64,000 bases of DNA from Clostridia bacterium (GTDB lineage Bacteria; Bacillota; Clostridia; Christensenellales; Aristaeellaceae), in contig JAFRLY010000008.1 in the NCBI GenBank assembly GCA_017431005.1, positions 3,337 to 67,336 on the forward strand, in the 5' to 3' direction. The position numbers and the translations under genes are program-made. Shown piece by piece: positions 33,325-42,169 of the stretch. Under the pieces are notes generated by a model that saw only the letters and a list, made by a program, of their open reading frames with translations, searched no databases and had not been told where the DNA came from. The first letter of the stretch is position 1; every line of letters starts with the position of its first letter.

Positions 33325-34859
33325 TTGGATTCCGCAATGAAGGCATCCAGCTGCGTCCGGTAGTCATTCACGATATCGTCAATGCCGATGGCCTTGCACT
33401 GCTTGATGAACTCATCCAGCTTGGCTTCGGTCTGGTCGCCGAAAATGCCGAAGGAGAAGGAGAAGCGGTATTCGTTGAACAGTGCCGTCACCGCGGACAG
33501 CTCCGCCTCGTAGTTGCACTGATAGTTGAATCCGTTGACCGGGAAGATATCAGACGGAACCTCCGCCGCCTCATACATTTCCTGGTATTCCGCGATGGCG
33601 GGGTTCAGCGCCTGCCGCGGATCCGAGTCATGCTGCAGAGCGGCGTTGTTGCCGATCGCGAAATAGGGATATTCAGAGGCTTCCGGCCCAAGGGTGTAAT
33701 ATTTTCCGTCCTCGGACAGATTGTAGTGGCGTCCCTCGATACCGAACACCAGCAGACGGTTGATGATCGGATCGTTCTTCATGACGTCCAGGGCGGTGGC
33801 TGCCCGGCTCATGTTCGCCTTGCTGGCCGGCGGGAAGCCGATGCAGTACACAAAGTAGTTGCCGTGGCGGAGCACGCACTCGTCATCCCACAGGCAGTTC
33901 AGGAATACGGGGGTATCATCCTGGAGATTCTGCACCAGGCTGTCGTAGCTGGTGGGAATGCCGAAGGTGATGGCAGAGGTGCCGGCGTAGAAGTTGTCGT
34001 CCACCATGGTCTCATTGGAGATAACGCTGGCCGGGAAATAGCCCTTCTTGTAGAATTCGGCCATCTTCAGGCAGAAGGCGCGGTATTCATCCGTCTCCGC
34101 GAACCACTTCAGATCCTCGGTGCTGAATTCCTTGCCGGTGTTGTACTGCCACACCAGCCAGTTGGCCGTGCCGACATTCACATCCATCATGTGGTTCTTG
34201 TAGGTGAACCAGTAGGTGGTATCCAGCGGATAGGTACCCTGGGGATTGAAGACATAGACGCCGGTTTCGGCGGTATCAGCGGCGATCGCGTCCATGAACT
34301 TCTCCAGATCCTCGCCGGTCTTGATATCCTCCGCTTTGAAGCCGTATTTGTCCAGGGTGGACTGGCGGGTCCAGACGCCGTTGGCGCTCAGCGTGTTGAT
34401 GCTGTTGGTGATGCCGTAATACAGGTCGCCGAACTTCATCTCACGCCAGCTGGTGGGCGCCTGGGTCTTGGCTGTCATGGGCATATAGGTTTCCACAAAG
34501 TCCCAGTCAAAGCCCGTGTAGGCGCCGTTGTTGACATAGTCGCCGAAATTGAACCAGTACGCGCCGTACACCAGATCATAGTCATCCCCGTTCAGGAACA
34601 GGCTCAGCTTGGTGCCGAAATCCGCGTAGGAAACAAAGTCGATGTTAACCTTGGTGTTGATCAGTTCCTTCATACGGTCATTGACCATGCCCATGATCTC
34701 GTCAAAGGCCCCCGGCTTGTTGCCGGGAATGATCATATTGATCTCCTTGTACTCGGACAGGTCCAGTCCGGCCCAGGGATTCTCCTCTTCAGCAGCAGCT
34801 GTGCCGATGGCACCCAGCAGCATTGCCAGTATCAGGAGCAGAGACAGGATACGTTTCAT
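33321..34859 (-). CDS. ABC transporter solute-binding protein (DUF3502-type)
   Basis: Signal peptide ending AAA-E; paralogous to 24371-25885 (e.g. CLKMAE.YK.G, NF.AGTS). Confidence 0.88.
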   Translation of the reverse strand: MKRILSLLLILAMLLGAIGTAAAEEENPWAGLDLSEYKEINMIIPGNKPGAFDEIMGMVNDRMKELINTKVNIDFVSYADFGTKLSLFLNGDDYDLVYGAYWFNFGDYVNNGAYTGFDWDFVETYMPMTAKTQAPTSWREMKFGDLYYGITNSINTLSANGVWTRQSTLDKYGFKAEDIKTGEDLEKFMDAIAADTAETGVYVFNPQGTYPLDTTYWFTYKNHMMDVNVGTANWLVWQYNTGKEFSTEDLKWFAETDEYRAFCLKMAEFYKKGYFPASVISNETMVDDNFYAGTSAITFGIPTSYDSLVQNLQDDTPVFLNCLWDDECVLRHGNYFVYCIGFPPASKANMSRAATALDVMKNDPIINRLLVFGIEGRHYNLSEDGKYYTLGPEASEYPYFAIGNNAALQHDSDPRQALNPAIAEYQEMYEAAEVPSDIFPVNGFNYQCNYEAELSAVTALFNEYRFSFSFGIFGDQTEAKLDEFIKQCKAIGIDDIVNDYRTQLDAFIAESK

Positions 34860-34929
34860 GTGTAATCCTCCTTTAAAAAATTGGTACATATTTCCAGGAA
34901 CGGTTTCCTCCGTTCCGGTGGATCATGTT

Positions 34930-35835
34930 TCAGCCCTTCACCGCGCCGATGGTCAGTCCTTTCACAAAGTAGCGCTGCACCAGCGGGTAAAGGAAAATAA
35001 TCGGGCCAGTCACCACGCAGGTCATGGCCATTCGCATGCCGGTGGAGGGCAGCGTGGCTGTTTCCACGGCCTGGAACTGGCCCTCAGCCACCAGCTGCTT
35101 CAGTGCCTGAACCGTACCCAGCATATCCTGCAGGAAATACTGCAGCGACTGCATTTCCTCCTTCGTGCTGAACAGCATGGAGTTGTACCAGTCATTCCAG
35201 TACCCCAGGGCGGAAAACAGCCCCAGCGTCGCCAGCAGCGGGGTGGCCAGCGGCATATACAGCTGCGCGTAGATCCTCAGTTCCCCGGCGCCGTCCAGCT
35301 TGGCCGACTCAGAGATTTCAAAGGGAATGCTCTTCATGTAGTTCTTGGCGATAATCATGTTCCACACGGAGAAAACCATGGGCAGAATCAGCGCCAGGTA
35401 TGTATTCCGCAGGTGCAGCACCTTCGTATACAGGGAATACCACGGAATCAGGCCGCCGGAAAACAGCGTGGTGAAGAAGAAAAAGAAAGAGAAGCCGTTC
35501 CGCCATTTGAAATCCCTGCAGGACAGCACGTAGCCCGTCAGCGTGTTCAGCAGCAGGGACACGGCCGTCCCCACGGCGGTTACAAAAATCGTGTTCAGGT
35601 AAGCTCTGCCGATCCGTCCAGGATTGGTGAACACCATCTCGTAGGCCCGGAGGGAAAACTGCTGCGGAATAAGCTGAAACCCGTTCCGGATCAGCGACGA
35701 TTCCTCCGCGAAGGAGGAAACCAGAATCAGGTAGAACGGAATCACGCACAGCATTCCGAAGATGAACAGCAGCACATACCCGAGCCCGTAAAAGCTCCAT
35801 TCACTGACTGACTGTTTATATCTGCGTCCGGACAT
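34930..35835 (-). CDS. Carbohydrate ABC permease
   Basis: EISESAKLDGA; YWNDW; YPLVQRYFVKG. Confidence 0.92.
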   Translation of the reverse strand: MSGRRYKQSVSEWSFYGLGYVLLFIFGMLCVIPFYLILVSSFAEESSLIRNGFQLIPQQFSLRAYEMVFTNPGRIGRAYLNTIFVTAVGTAVSLLLNTLTGYVLSCRDFKWRNGFSFFFFFTTLFSGGLIPWYSLYTKVLHLRNTYLALILPMVFSVWNMIIAKNYMKSIPFEISESAKLDGAGELRIYAQLYMPLATPLLATLGLFSALGYWNDWYNSMLFSTKEEMQSLQYFLQDMLGTVQALKQLVAEGQFQAVETATLPSTGMRMAMTCVVTGPIIFLYPLVQRYFVKGLTIGAVKG

Positions 35836-35849
35836 GTCACTCGCCTTCC

Positions 35850-36800
35850 TCAGAACAGGGTGTAATCGGGCTGAATTTTCTTCACTACGAAGTTGGCTGC
35901 CAGGATTGTCACAAAGCACAGCAGCGACTGAAACAGTCCGGCCGCCGCGCCGTATCCGAGGTTGCCGTTCCCCGCCATTGCCCGGTAAACATACAGATCC
36001 AGAATGTCGCCGATCTCAAGCAGCACGCCGTTATTGCCGATCAGCTGGTAGAACATGCCGAAATCCCCGCGGAAAATCTGTCCGCAGGCCAGCAGGAACA
36101 TGATGACCATGGTCGGAATCAGGCTTGGCAGCGTAATGCTGAACACCTTCTGCCAGCTGTTGGCCCCGTCAATCTCTGCGGCCTCATACATTTCACTGTC
36201 AATGCCGGTGATGGCGCTCAGATAAATGATGCTTCCGTATCCCACACCCTTCCACATCCGGAAAAAGACCAGCAGAAACGGCCAGGGGCGTTTGTCCACA
36301 TAGACGTTGACCATATCCAGACCCAGGCTTTTTACGATGCGGCTGATCAGCCCTGTATCATAATCCAGCATCGTCTGAACCACAGCCGAGGCAATAACCC
36401 AGGAGATGAAATAGGGCAGGAAGATGAAAGACTGGAACACCTTCTTGAACCATCTGCAGCGCATTTCATTGATGATGATGGCAAACCCGACCTCCAGCAC
36501 CATCCCCACCACAATGAACGCCAGGTTGTACAGCAGCGTGTTCCGCGTCAGCGGCCACAGCTTGTTGGATACCGTCAGGAACCGGAAATTCTTCAGCCCG
36601 ACCCACGGACTGTTGAAAATGCCCAGGGAAAAATTGTATTTCTCAAAAGCCATCACCACGCCGACCATTGGCGCATAGCTGAATATCAGCACATACACGA
36701 CCGCCGGCAGCAGCAGAATCAGGTAAATCCTGTTCCTTTTCAGTTCCCTGGGAAGTTCCCTGAACCCGCTTCTGCGGCCGGCAGAGGGATTTTTCGTCAT
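35850..36800 (-). CDS. Carbohydrate ABC permease
   Basis: MYEAAEIDGANSWQ; FRGDFGMFYQ; start 2 nt after the upstream stop, with GGAGG RBS. Confidence 0.92.
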   Translation of the reverse strand: MTKNPSAGRRSGFRELPRELKRNRIYLILLLPAVVYVLIFSYAPMVGVVMAFEKYNFSLGIFNSPWVGLKNFRFLTVSNKLWPLTRNTLLYNLAFIVVGMVLEVGFAIIINEMRCRWFKKVFQSFIFLPYFISWVIASAVVQTMLDYDTGLISRIVKSLGLDMVNVYVDKRPWPFLLVFFRMWKGVGYGSIIYLSAITGIDSEMYEAAEIDGANSWQKVFSITLPSLIPTMVIMFLLACGQIFRGDFGMFYQLIGNNGVLLEIGDILDLYVYRAMAGNGNLGYGAAAGLFQSLLCFVTILAANFVVKKIQPDYTLF

Positions 36801-36802
36801 CC

Positions 36803-37990
36803 TTATTCCTCCTCCTGCGCGTCCTCCGCGGAAATGAAGACGCTGCGGACGCCGGAAAGCCGGTACGCCGCGTCCCTTGGTTTTGTCACACCCATAAAGA
36901 ACAATCCGCTGTGATAGGTAATCAGGAAGGCGCCGCCGGAAAGCGGCATGGCCTCTCCCTCCGTCCGGATCCAGCGCCATCCGAGCCTCTCGGACAGCCC
37001 GTTCCCGGGCGGCATCAGTCCTGCCAGCTTCAGGATTTCAGGCACCTTCAGGCCGGGTTCTGCCCCGACATTGCTGAAAGCGCAGTTCCCTGTTGCCGGC
37101 TCCGGGATCCCGGTTGTCAGCCTCACCCATCCGTCGCCGCCGGTGAAATGCAGGGTTTCCCGGGTACCGGGCAAAGCCTTCCGGCCTTCCGGATCCAGAG
37201 CGTACCACAGTGCGGAATCCCGGCTGTAATCGCAGGCCGGATCCGTCATGGCTTCAGTATCCATCAGCTGAAGCTCTCCGTCCGCCAGTCGGAAACCGCT
37301 GTCCCACTCATTCAGGTTACCCACCAGATCCCAGATACCGTCCGTTCTTCCGTTATGTGTCCACGGCACGGGACCGCTCCCGGTCAGCACAGACCCGCTC
37401 TGTGTCCGGATGCCGGTCTCCTCATGATGATAGTAATCCCGTCCCCGGTCCGTGTTTCCCGTCACTTCCCGCCCGTTTTTCAGGCACTGAAGGGAAATAG
37501 CCGCCCGGAGGGAAACCGGCATCGGCATCCATCCGGCTCCCTTGCCCTTCACGCTTTTCACCGCGTCGTCAAAGCAAGGGATCCCGGCCGGCTCGCTCAT
37601 CGGCAGGGAAACTGCCCTTCCGTCCGCCAGGCAGTTCAGATATTTGGAAACATAGATTCGCCGAAGTATTTTTCCTCCCACCCGGAAAGCCGGATGTGCG
37701 CCTTGCAGCTGAATCCCCTCCGGCATGTCCGCGCCTGTGACCGCCGGAACAATGACCATGACGGAAGGCAAACCCCCGGCGTCGAACAGAACGGTATTGG
37801 TGCCGCCGGAAAGCTTCTCCACGGCCTTTTTCAGCACGCTTCCCGCCTGTTCCGTTTTTCCGTTATCCTCCAGGCCGCGCAGCTCTTCCAGTTCATCGCT
37901 CACCTTTTCCGGGCATCCGGAAACCCTGCACTCATTGATCAGAATCTGACTGAAGCTGATTTCCCGCAGTGACTTTCCATACATATCCAT
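36803..37990 (-). CDS. FGE/SUMF1-type C-type lectin-fold protein resembling phage major tropism determinant (DGR target family)
   Basis: HPAF, SKY, GIWDLVGNLNEW and C-terminal SGGAF...GLF...R...GVR pattern of CLec/FGE domains; no signal peptide; RBS AAGGAG. Confidence 0.75.
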   Translation of the reverse strand: MDMYGKSLREISFSQILINECRVSGCPEKVSDELEELRGLEDNGKTEQAGSVLKKAVEKLSGGTNTVLFDAGGLPSVMVIVPAVTGADMPEGIQLQGAHPAFRVGGKILRRIYVSKYLNCLADGRAVSLPMSEPAGIPCFDDAVKSVKGKGAGWMPMPVSLRAAISLQCLKNGREVTGNTDRGRDYYHHEETGIRTQSGSVLTGSGPVPWTHNGRTDGIWDLVGNLNEWDSGFRLADGELQLMDTEAMTDPACDYSRDSALWYALDPEGRKALPGTRETLHFTGGDGWVRLTTGIPEPATGNCAFSNVGAEPGLKVPEILKLAGLMPPGNGLSERLGWRWIRTEGEAMPLSGGAFLITYHSGLFFMGVTKPRDAAYRLSGVRSVFISAEDAQEEE

Positions 37991-38082
37991 ATCATCCGGC
38001 CGGCACGCCGCTCCTTATCCTAATAAAGTTATCAGCAAACACATATGCCTGTTTTCCGCTTTTTCAATCTCTTCCCCTCAGT

Positions 38083-38119
38083 ATTATAATTGACATGCTT
38101 TTCCAATGTGGAATATAAT
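38083..38119. promoter_or_regulatory. Overlapping divergent promoters
   Basis: Plus strand TTGACA (38090)-18-TATAAT (38114) towards AraC; minus strand TATAAT (38083-38088) with a poor -35, consistent with activator dependence. Confidence 0.65.
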
Positions 38120-38214
38120 ATCGACACGGTCCTTAAAAAGAAACATATTCTCCACTTTTTTATATCGCCTGCAAATACTAAACCGGTTGAATCTGGGAGG
38201 TTTTAGCCTGAATC

Positions 38215-39060
38215 ATGCCATATCCATACGCAGTCAAACTCCTTCTCTGGCCTTCTTCCGGCCAGACAGTGGATGTTTTATCACCTTTGGAGATTGCGGC
38301 AGGCCCGGAAGAAAACATTGTCCTGCTGCTTGCCTCCGGGCGGGCTGAGATCACCTGTGACCAGGCTGTCAGCCCCCTGAATATGGAGGGTATCGCCGTG
38401 CTCGGCCGGAACATCGCGGTAACTGTAGAAAGCAAGGGCGCGCAGCCCTGTCAGATCATGATCCTGCGGCTGGGCACTGTTGAACGGCCGCCCTATATTG
38501 ACCTGAACCATCTGTGCCTGACCATTCCCATCATTGATGCCTTCTTCAGCTATAAGCAGCGCTTCTCTATCCTGCAGGACCGCGGAAGCATCCGGCCGAC
38601 CTTCAACGCCGTTATCGAAGAAATCAGCCGGCATGAGCCCGAATGGGAAAAAATGACGGCCCTGCGTCTGCAGGAGCTGCTGATCCAGCTGGCCAGGTCC
38701 TTCCATACCCACGGCCATCCCGCAGGCACACAGCTGCTCTCCGCTGCCCGGGATTACATCCGCGCGCATTACAATGAGGAGCTGACCGTCGGCAGAATCG
38801 CCGCCCACGTGGGCATCAGCCGCTCCTATCTGGCCCAGCTGTTTTCCGGCTATCTGGATTACAGCACCGTGGATTACATTCAGGCCGTACGCTGCGACCA
38901 CGCTGCCTATCTGCTGCGTGCGACACGCTTTACCATCCTCGATATCGCCCTGAATGTCGGCTTCAACAGCCGTCAGCATTTCACGCGCACCTTCCTCAAA
39001 ATCTACTCCGTCACCCCCATGCAGTACAGGAAGCAGCAGCGCAGCAATACCCGCACATAA
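38215..39060 (+). CDS. AraC-family transcriptional regulator
   Basis: IAAHVGISRSYL...DIALNVGFNSRQHFTRTFLKIYSVTPMQYR. Confidence 0.92.
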   Translation: MPYPYAVKLLLWPSSGQTVDVLSPLEIAAGPEENIVLLLASGRAEITCDQAVSPLNMEGIAVLGRNIAVTVESKGAQPCQIMILRLGTVERPPYIDLNHLCLTIPIIDAFFSYKQRFSILQDRGSIRPTFNAVIEEISRHEPEWEKMTALRLQELLIQLARSFHTHGHPAGTQLLSAARDYIRAHYNEELTVGRIAAHVGISRSYLAQLFSGYLDYSTVDYIQAVRCDHAAYLLRATRFTILDIALNVGFNSRQHFTRTFLKIYSVTPMQYRKQQRSNTRT

Positions 39061-39111
39061 AAAAAGAACCGGACAGGCAGGCGCGCCGTCCCGCCGCCCG
39101 TCCGGCTTTTT
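39059..39111. terminator. Bidirectional terminator
   Basis: A tract, CCGGAC...GTCCGG imperfect stem, T tract, between convergent genes. Confidence 0.6.
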
Positions 39112-39736
39112 ACTTTCTCTTCATGACCCAGCTGAACGCCTTCGCGGTTCTCGCGTCGGCGTCCCGGAAATGGTTCCCTTCGTTCCATTCCAGCACGCAG
39201 TCCGTTCCGCGCTCCCGCAGCAGGGCGTATGCCGCGCGGATCTCATCGCCCACCGTCCGCATGACCGGGTTCCGCGTCCGCTCCTCCCTGTCCCCCAGGC
39301 TGAGATATACATGCCCGCTCCGGATTTCATGGTCCCTCAGGTATGCCGGAAAGCCCGGAAACCAGACGGAGGGAGACGCCGCCGCGACGCCGCTGAACAC
39401 GTCCGTTTCACACGCGGCCCACAGTGCGAACAGCCCCGCCAGGGAATAGCCGCCGATAATATACGTTTTTGTCCCGTCCGTGCAATAAGTTAATATTTCC
39501 TCCAGCGTGTCCCGGGCCCGGCCGCCGAAACCCTCCTGTCCGAACACCGGCGGAGCCTCCCAAGGGGACAGATCCCTGTTCCAGTCCCCGACCCGGAAGG
39601 CAGTCAGCCGGAAGTCCTCCCCGGCGCTTCCGCGGATCAGGGCCAGCTCATTTTCAATCGTTTCCGCGTCGTGCTCATCCACCGGCTGAAGCAGCACCGT
39701 CCGGGCCGTTTTGCTGCCGTATTCCATGATTTCCAT
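39110..39736 (-). CDS. Alpha/beta hydrolase-fold esterase (IroE/BesA-like)
   Basis: WNRDLSPW, GYSLAG, SPSVW, LSLGDRE, GNHF; start uncertain (39736 or 39763). Confidence 0.85.
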   Translation of the reverse strand: MEIMEYGSKTARTVLLQPVDEHDAETIENELALIRGSAGEDFRLTAFRVGDWNRDLSPWEAPPVFGQEGFGGRARDTLEEILTYCTDGTKTYIIGGYSLAGLFALWAACETDVFSGVAAASPSVWFPGFPAYLRDHEIRSGHVYLSLGDREERTRNPVMRTVGDEIRAAYALLRERGTDCVLEWNEGNHFRDADARTAKAFSWVMKRK

Positions 39737-39947
39737 TCCAAGTTCCTCCGCCGGAAAGCTCACGCTGCGCTTCCCGCCCTGTCCCTTTCTGAAAAAAACT
39801 GCGATCCAATGCTTATTCTACGTAAAAAAACGGATCCGTCAACGCGGTTTGCCGGACAGAACCCGCGTATCCCCGGCTGTCCGGAACGGACGCCCGGCGG
39901 ATTTCTGTTTTTTTACTGTTTCAGCGGTCAAAAGCCGGCGGATACCG

Positions 39948-40004
39948 TTGCGCAAAACAGAAAAGCCCGTTATAATAAGCGCAGAATAAAATGTACGTAC
40001 AACT
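39948..40004 (+). promoter_or_regulatory. Sigma-A promoter with AraR-like operator
   Basis: TTGCGC-17-TATAAT (39948-39976), then palindrome TGTACGTACA (39992-40001). Confidence 0.7.
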
Positions 40005-40040
40005 GAATCGGCCTGTATCCGGAGGGGAGGAGTCTGTGCA

Positions 40041-41156
40041 ATGGGTGAAACAAGGGAATATCCGAATCTGTTTGCGAAAATCGGTGTGGACGCGGAGACG
40101 GTACGCCGGAAGGCGGAGGCCTGCTTTGAAACCCTGTTCTTTGATCCGGAAGAAAAAATCTATACCGATGTGGATCCGGACAGCGGCTGCATGATCGACA
40201 CCGGGAACATCGACGCCCGCACGGAGGGCATGAGCTACGGCATGATGATGTGCGTGCAGATGGACCGGAAGGATCTTTTTGATAAGCTCTGGACCTTTTC
40301 CATGCGCTATATGTATCATCCGGACGGCATCTATGCCGGCTATTTCGCCTGGTCCGTATCCCTGCAGGGGAAGCACAACGCGGAAGGTCCCGCCCCGGAC
40401 GGGGAGGAATACTTCGCCATGGCGCTGCTGATGGCCTCCGCCCGCTGGGGAGACGGTGAGGGTATCTTCAGCTACGCTGCGCAGGCCCGTGAAATCCTGC
40501 GCCACTGTCTCCATCAGCAGGAGCTGGTGCCCGGCGGCCGGGCCATGTGGGATCCGGAGAACAGGCTGATCCGGTTCGTCCCGGAAACGGACTGGTCCGA
40601 TCCCAGCTATCATCTGCCGCATTTCTACACGCTTTTTGCCGAACGGGCCGACGAGGCGGACCGGCCGTTCTGGAAGGCCGCTGCGGAAGCTTCCAGGGCT
40701 TATATCGCGCTCAGCGCGCATCCGGTGACCGGCCTGTGCGCGGAATACGCGGAGTATGACGGCACGCCCCGCCTGATGTTTGGTAAGCCCTTCGCCTTCT
40801 ATTCCGACGCCTACCGCGTCGCCATGAATATCGCCCTGGACACCCTGTGGTTCGGCCGGCACGAAGCGCTTTCGGCCGTGGCGGCCCGTATCCAGGATTT
40901 CTTCCGGGATATTCACATGGAGGACTATAAGGCTTATCAGCTGGACGGCACTCCCGCGGACGAGCCTGCCATGCACCCCACGGCGCTTCTTGCCACCGTG
41001 GCCGCCGCGTCCGCGGCCAGTGACAGTCCCGCCGCGGAGACGTTCCTGCGCCGTTTCTGGGAGACCCCGCTGCGCCGCGGCAAACGCCGGTATTACGACA
41101 ACTGTCTTTATTTCTTCTGCCTGCTGATGCTGGGCGGCCTGTACCGGATCTGGTAA
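40041..41156 (+). CDS. GH8 reducing-end xylose-releasing exo-oligoxylanase
   Basis: DARTEGMSYGMM, PAPDGEEYFAMAL, DPSYHLPHFY, SDAYR, RYYDNCLY; no signal peptide. Confidence 0.9.
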   Translation: MGETREYPNLFAKIGVDAETVRRKAEACFETLFFDPEEKIYTDVDPDSGCMIDTGNIDARTEGMSYGMMMCVQMDRKDLFDKLWTFSMRYMYHPDGIYAGYFAWSVSLQGKHNAEGPAPDGEEYFAMALLMASARWGDGEGIFSYAAQAREILRHCLHQQELVPGGRAMWDPENRLIRFVPETDWSDPSYHLPHFYTLFAERADEADRPFWKAAAEASRAYIALSAHPVTGLCAEYAEYDGTPRLMFGKPFAFYSDAYRVAMNIALDTLWFGRHEALSAVAARIQDFFRDIHMEDYKAYQLDGTPADEPAMHPTALLATVAAASAASDSPAAETFLRRFWETPLRRGKRRYYDNCLYFFCLLMLGGLYRIW

Positions 41157-41366
41157 GCGGAGGAGAACAGCTGCCGCTTTTTCCCCGGCGCGGCAAAACT
41201 GCCATTTCCCTTTTTTACTCCGTATCAAATGGTGTAGGCAGTGAAAACGGTTCCTGCCCGTCCCGCGGCAGCGGCGTGGGAGAGGAAATCCGTTTTCAGA
41301 TACCGAAACCATTACACCGGGCCTGAAGGCCCATGAACTTCCATGAAGGAAAAGGAGTAATCCGCA

Positions 41367-42095
41367 ATGAAGAAATGGCTTTCCCTGATTCTGGCTGTAT
41401 GTTTCTGCTTTACCGTTCCGGCCGCTTTCGCGGAAGAGGATTTCGGTTATTATCCTGACACAGTCCCGGAGGCCCGGCCTTTTGTGAACACCTGGATCGC
41501 GGAGGACGGAGACTGGCGGATCGAGGTATACGGTGAGGACGGCGGCCTCAAGCTGATGGCTGTTCACAGACTGGGGGACAACATGGAGGACATCTGGGAA
41601 TACGCCGCTGCCATGGGTGAAAATAACGCGCTCGTCTCGGTTCCCCTGGGTCTGCATTACCGGCAGGATACCGTTTCCGGCGACTGGCTCATCACCTGGT
41701 ATGAGGACGGCGATGCCGCCTTCACGATCAATGAAAACGGCAGGCTGCTCTGGAACGACCTGAAGGAAGACGCCGGCAAGGGGCTGGAGTTTGAGCCGAT
41801 CGGCAACTTCTACGGCGGACGCTGGATGAAGGGTGACACCGAAGTCATCTTCTACGACTGGTACGATAACGAGTATGATATCCGCTGCTACCAGCTCGGT
41901 GAAAACAACGAAATCCTGGCGGACGCAATCCTGAAGGGCACCTACGATCCCGAAAGCGACACCATCACCGCTTATGGTTTCTTTGATCCTGACAAGCCCT
42001 TCACCGTAATTTTCTCCTATAACGAAAACAACAACGTGGTCTGGACGGAGAACGGTGAAAGCACCGCGATGGAATACAGCTGCCTGACCTGGTGA
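41367..42095 (+). CDS. Secreted acidic hypothetical protein
   Basis: RBS AAGGAG; signal peptide ending AFA-E; Trp/Tyr/Asp-rich, apparently two beta-rich domains. Confidence 0.75.
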   Translation: MKKWLSLILAVCFCFTVPAAFAEEDFGYYPDTVPEARPFVNTWIAEDGDWRIEVYGEDGGLKLMAVHRLGDNMEDIWEYAAAMGENNALVSVPLGLHYRQDTVSGDWLITWYEDGDAAFTINENGRLLWNDLKEDAGKGLEFEPIGNFYGGRWMKGDTEVIFYDWYDNEYDIRCYQLGENNEILADAILKGTYDPESDTITAYGFFDPDKPFTVIFSYNENNNVVWTENGESTAMEYSCLTW

Positions 42096-42108
42096 GTTTC
42101 ATCCGGAC

Positions 42109-42145
42109 ACATAAAAAGGCGCTGCAGTGCAGTGCCTTTTTATGT
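42109..42145. terminator. Bidirectional intrinsic terminator
   Basis: ACATAAAAAGGCGCTGCA-G-TGCAGTGCCTTTTTATGT. Confidence 0.85.
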
Positions 42146-42169
42146 TTGATTATTGAAATCCGCAAATGA

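Noticed and set aside
27028-36078. Possible DGR TR/VR pair (both mismatches in the 60-nt repeat fall at adenines of one copy on the coding strand)
   Set aside because: Both copies are inside permease genes, the changes are synonymous Gly third positions, other adenines are unchanged, the repeat is not in the CLec gene, and no RT is present.
36803-39060. Complete DGR or prophage around the Mtd-like gene
   Set aside because: No reverse transcriptase, Avd, template repeat, integrase or structural phage genes in the window.
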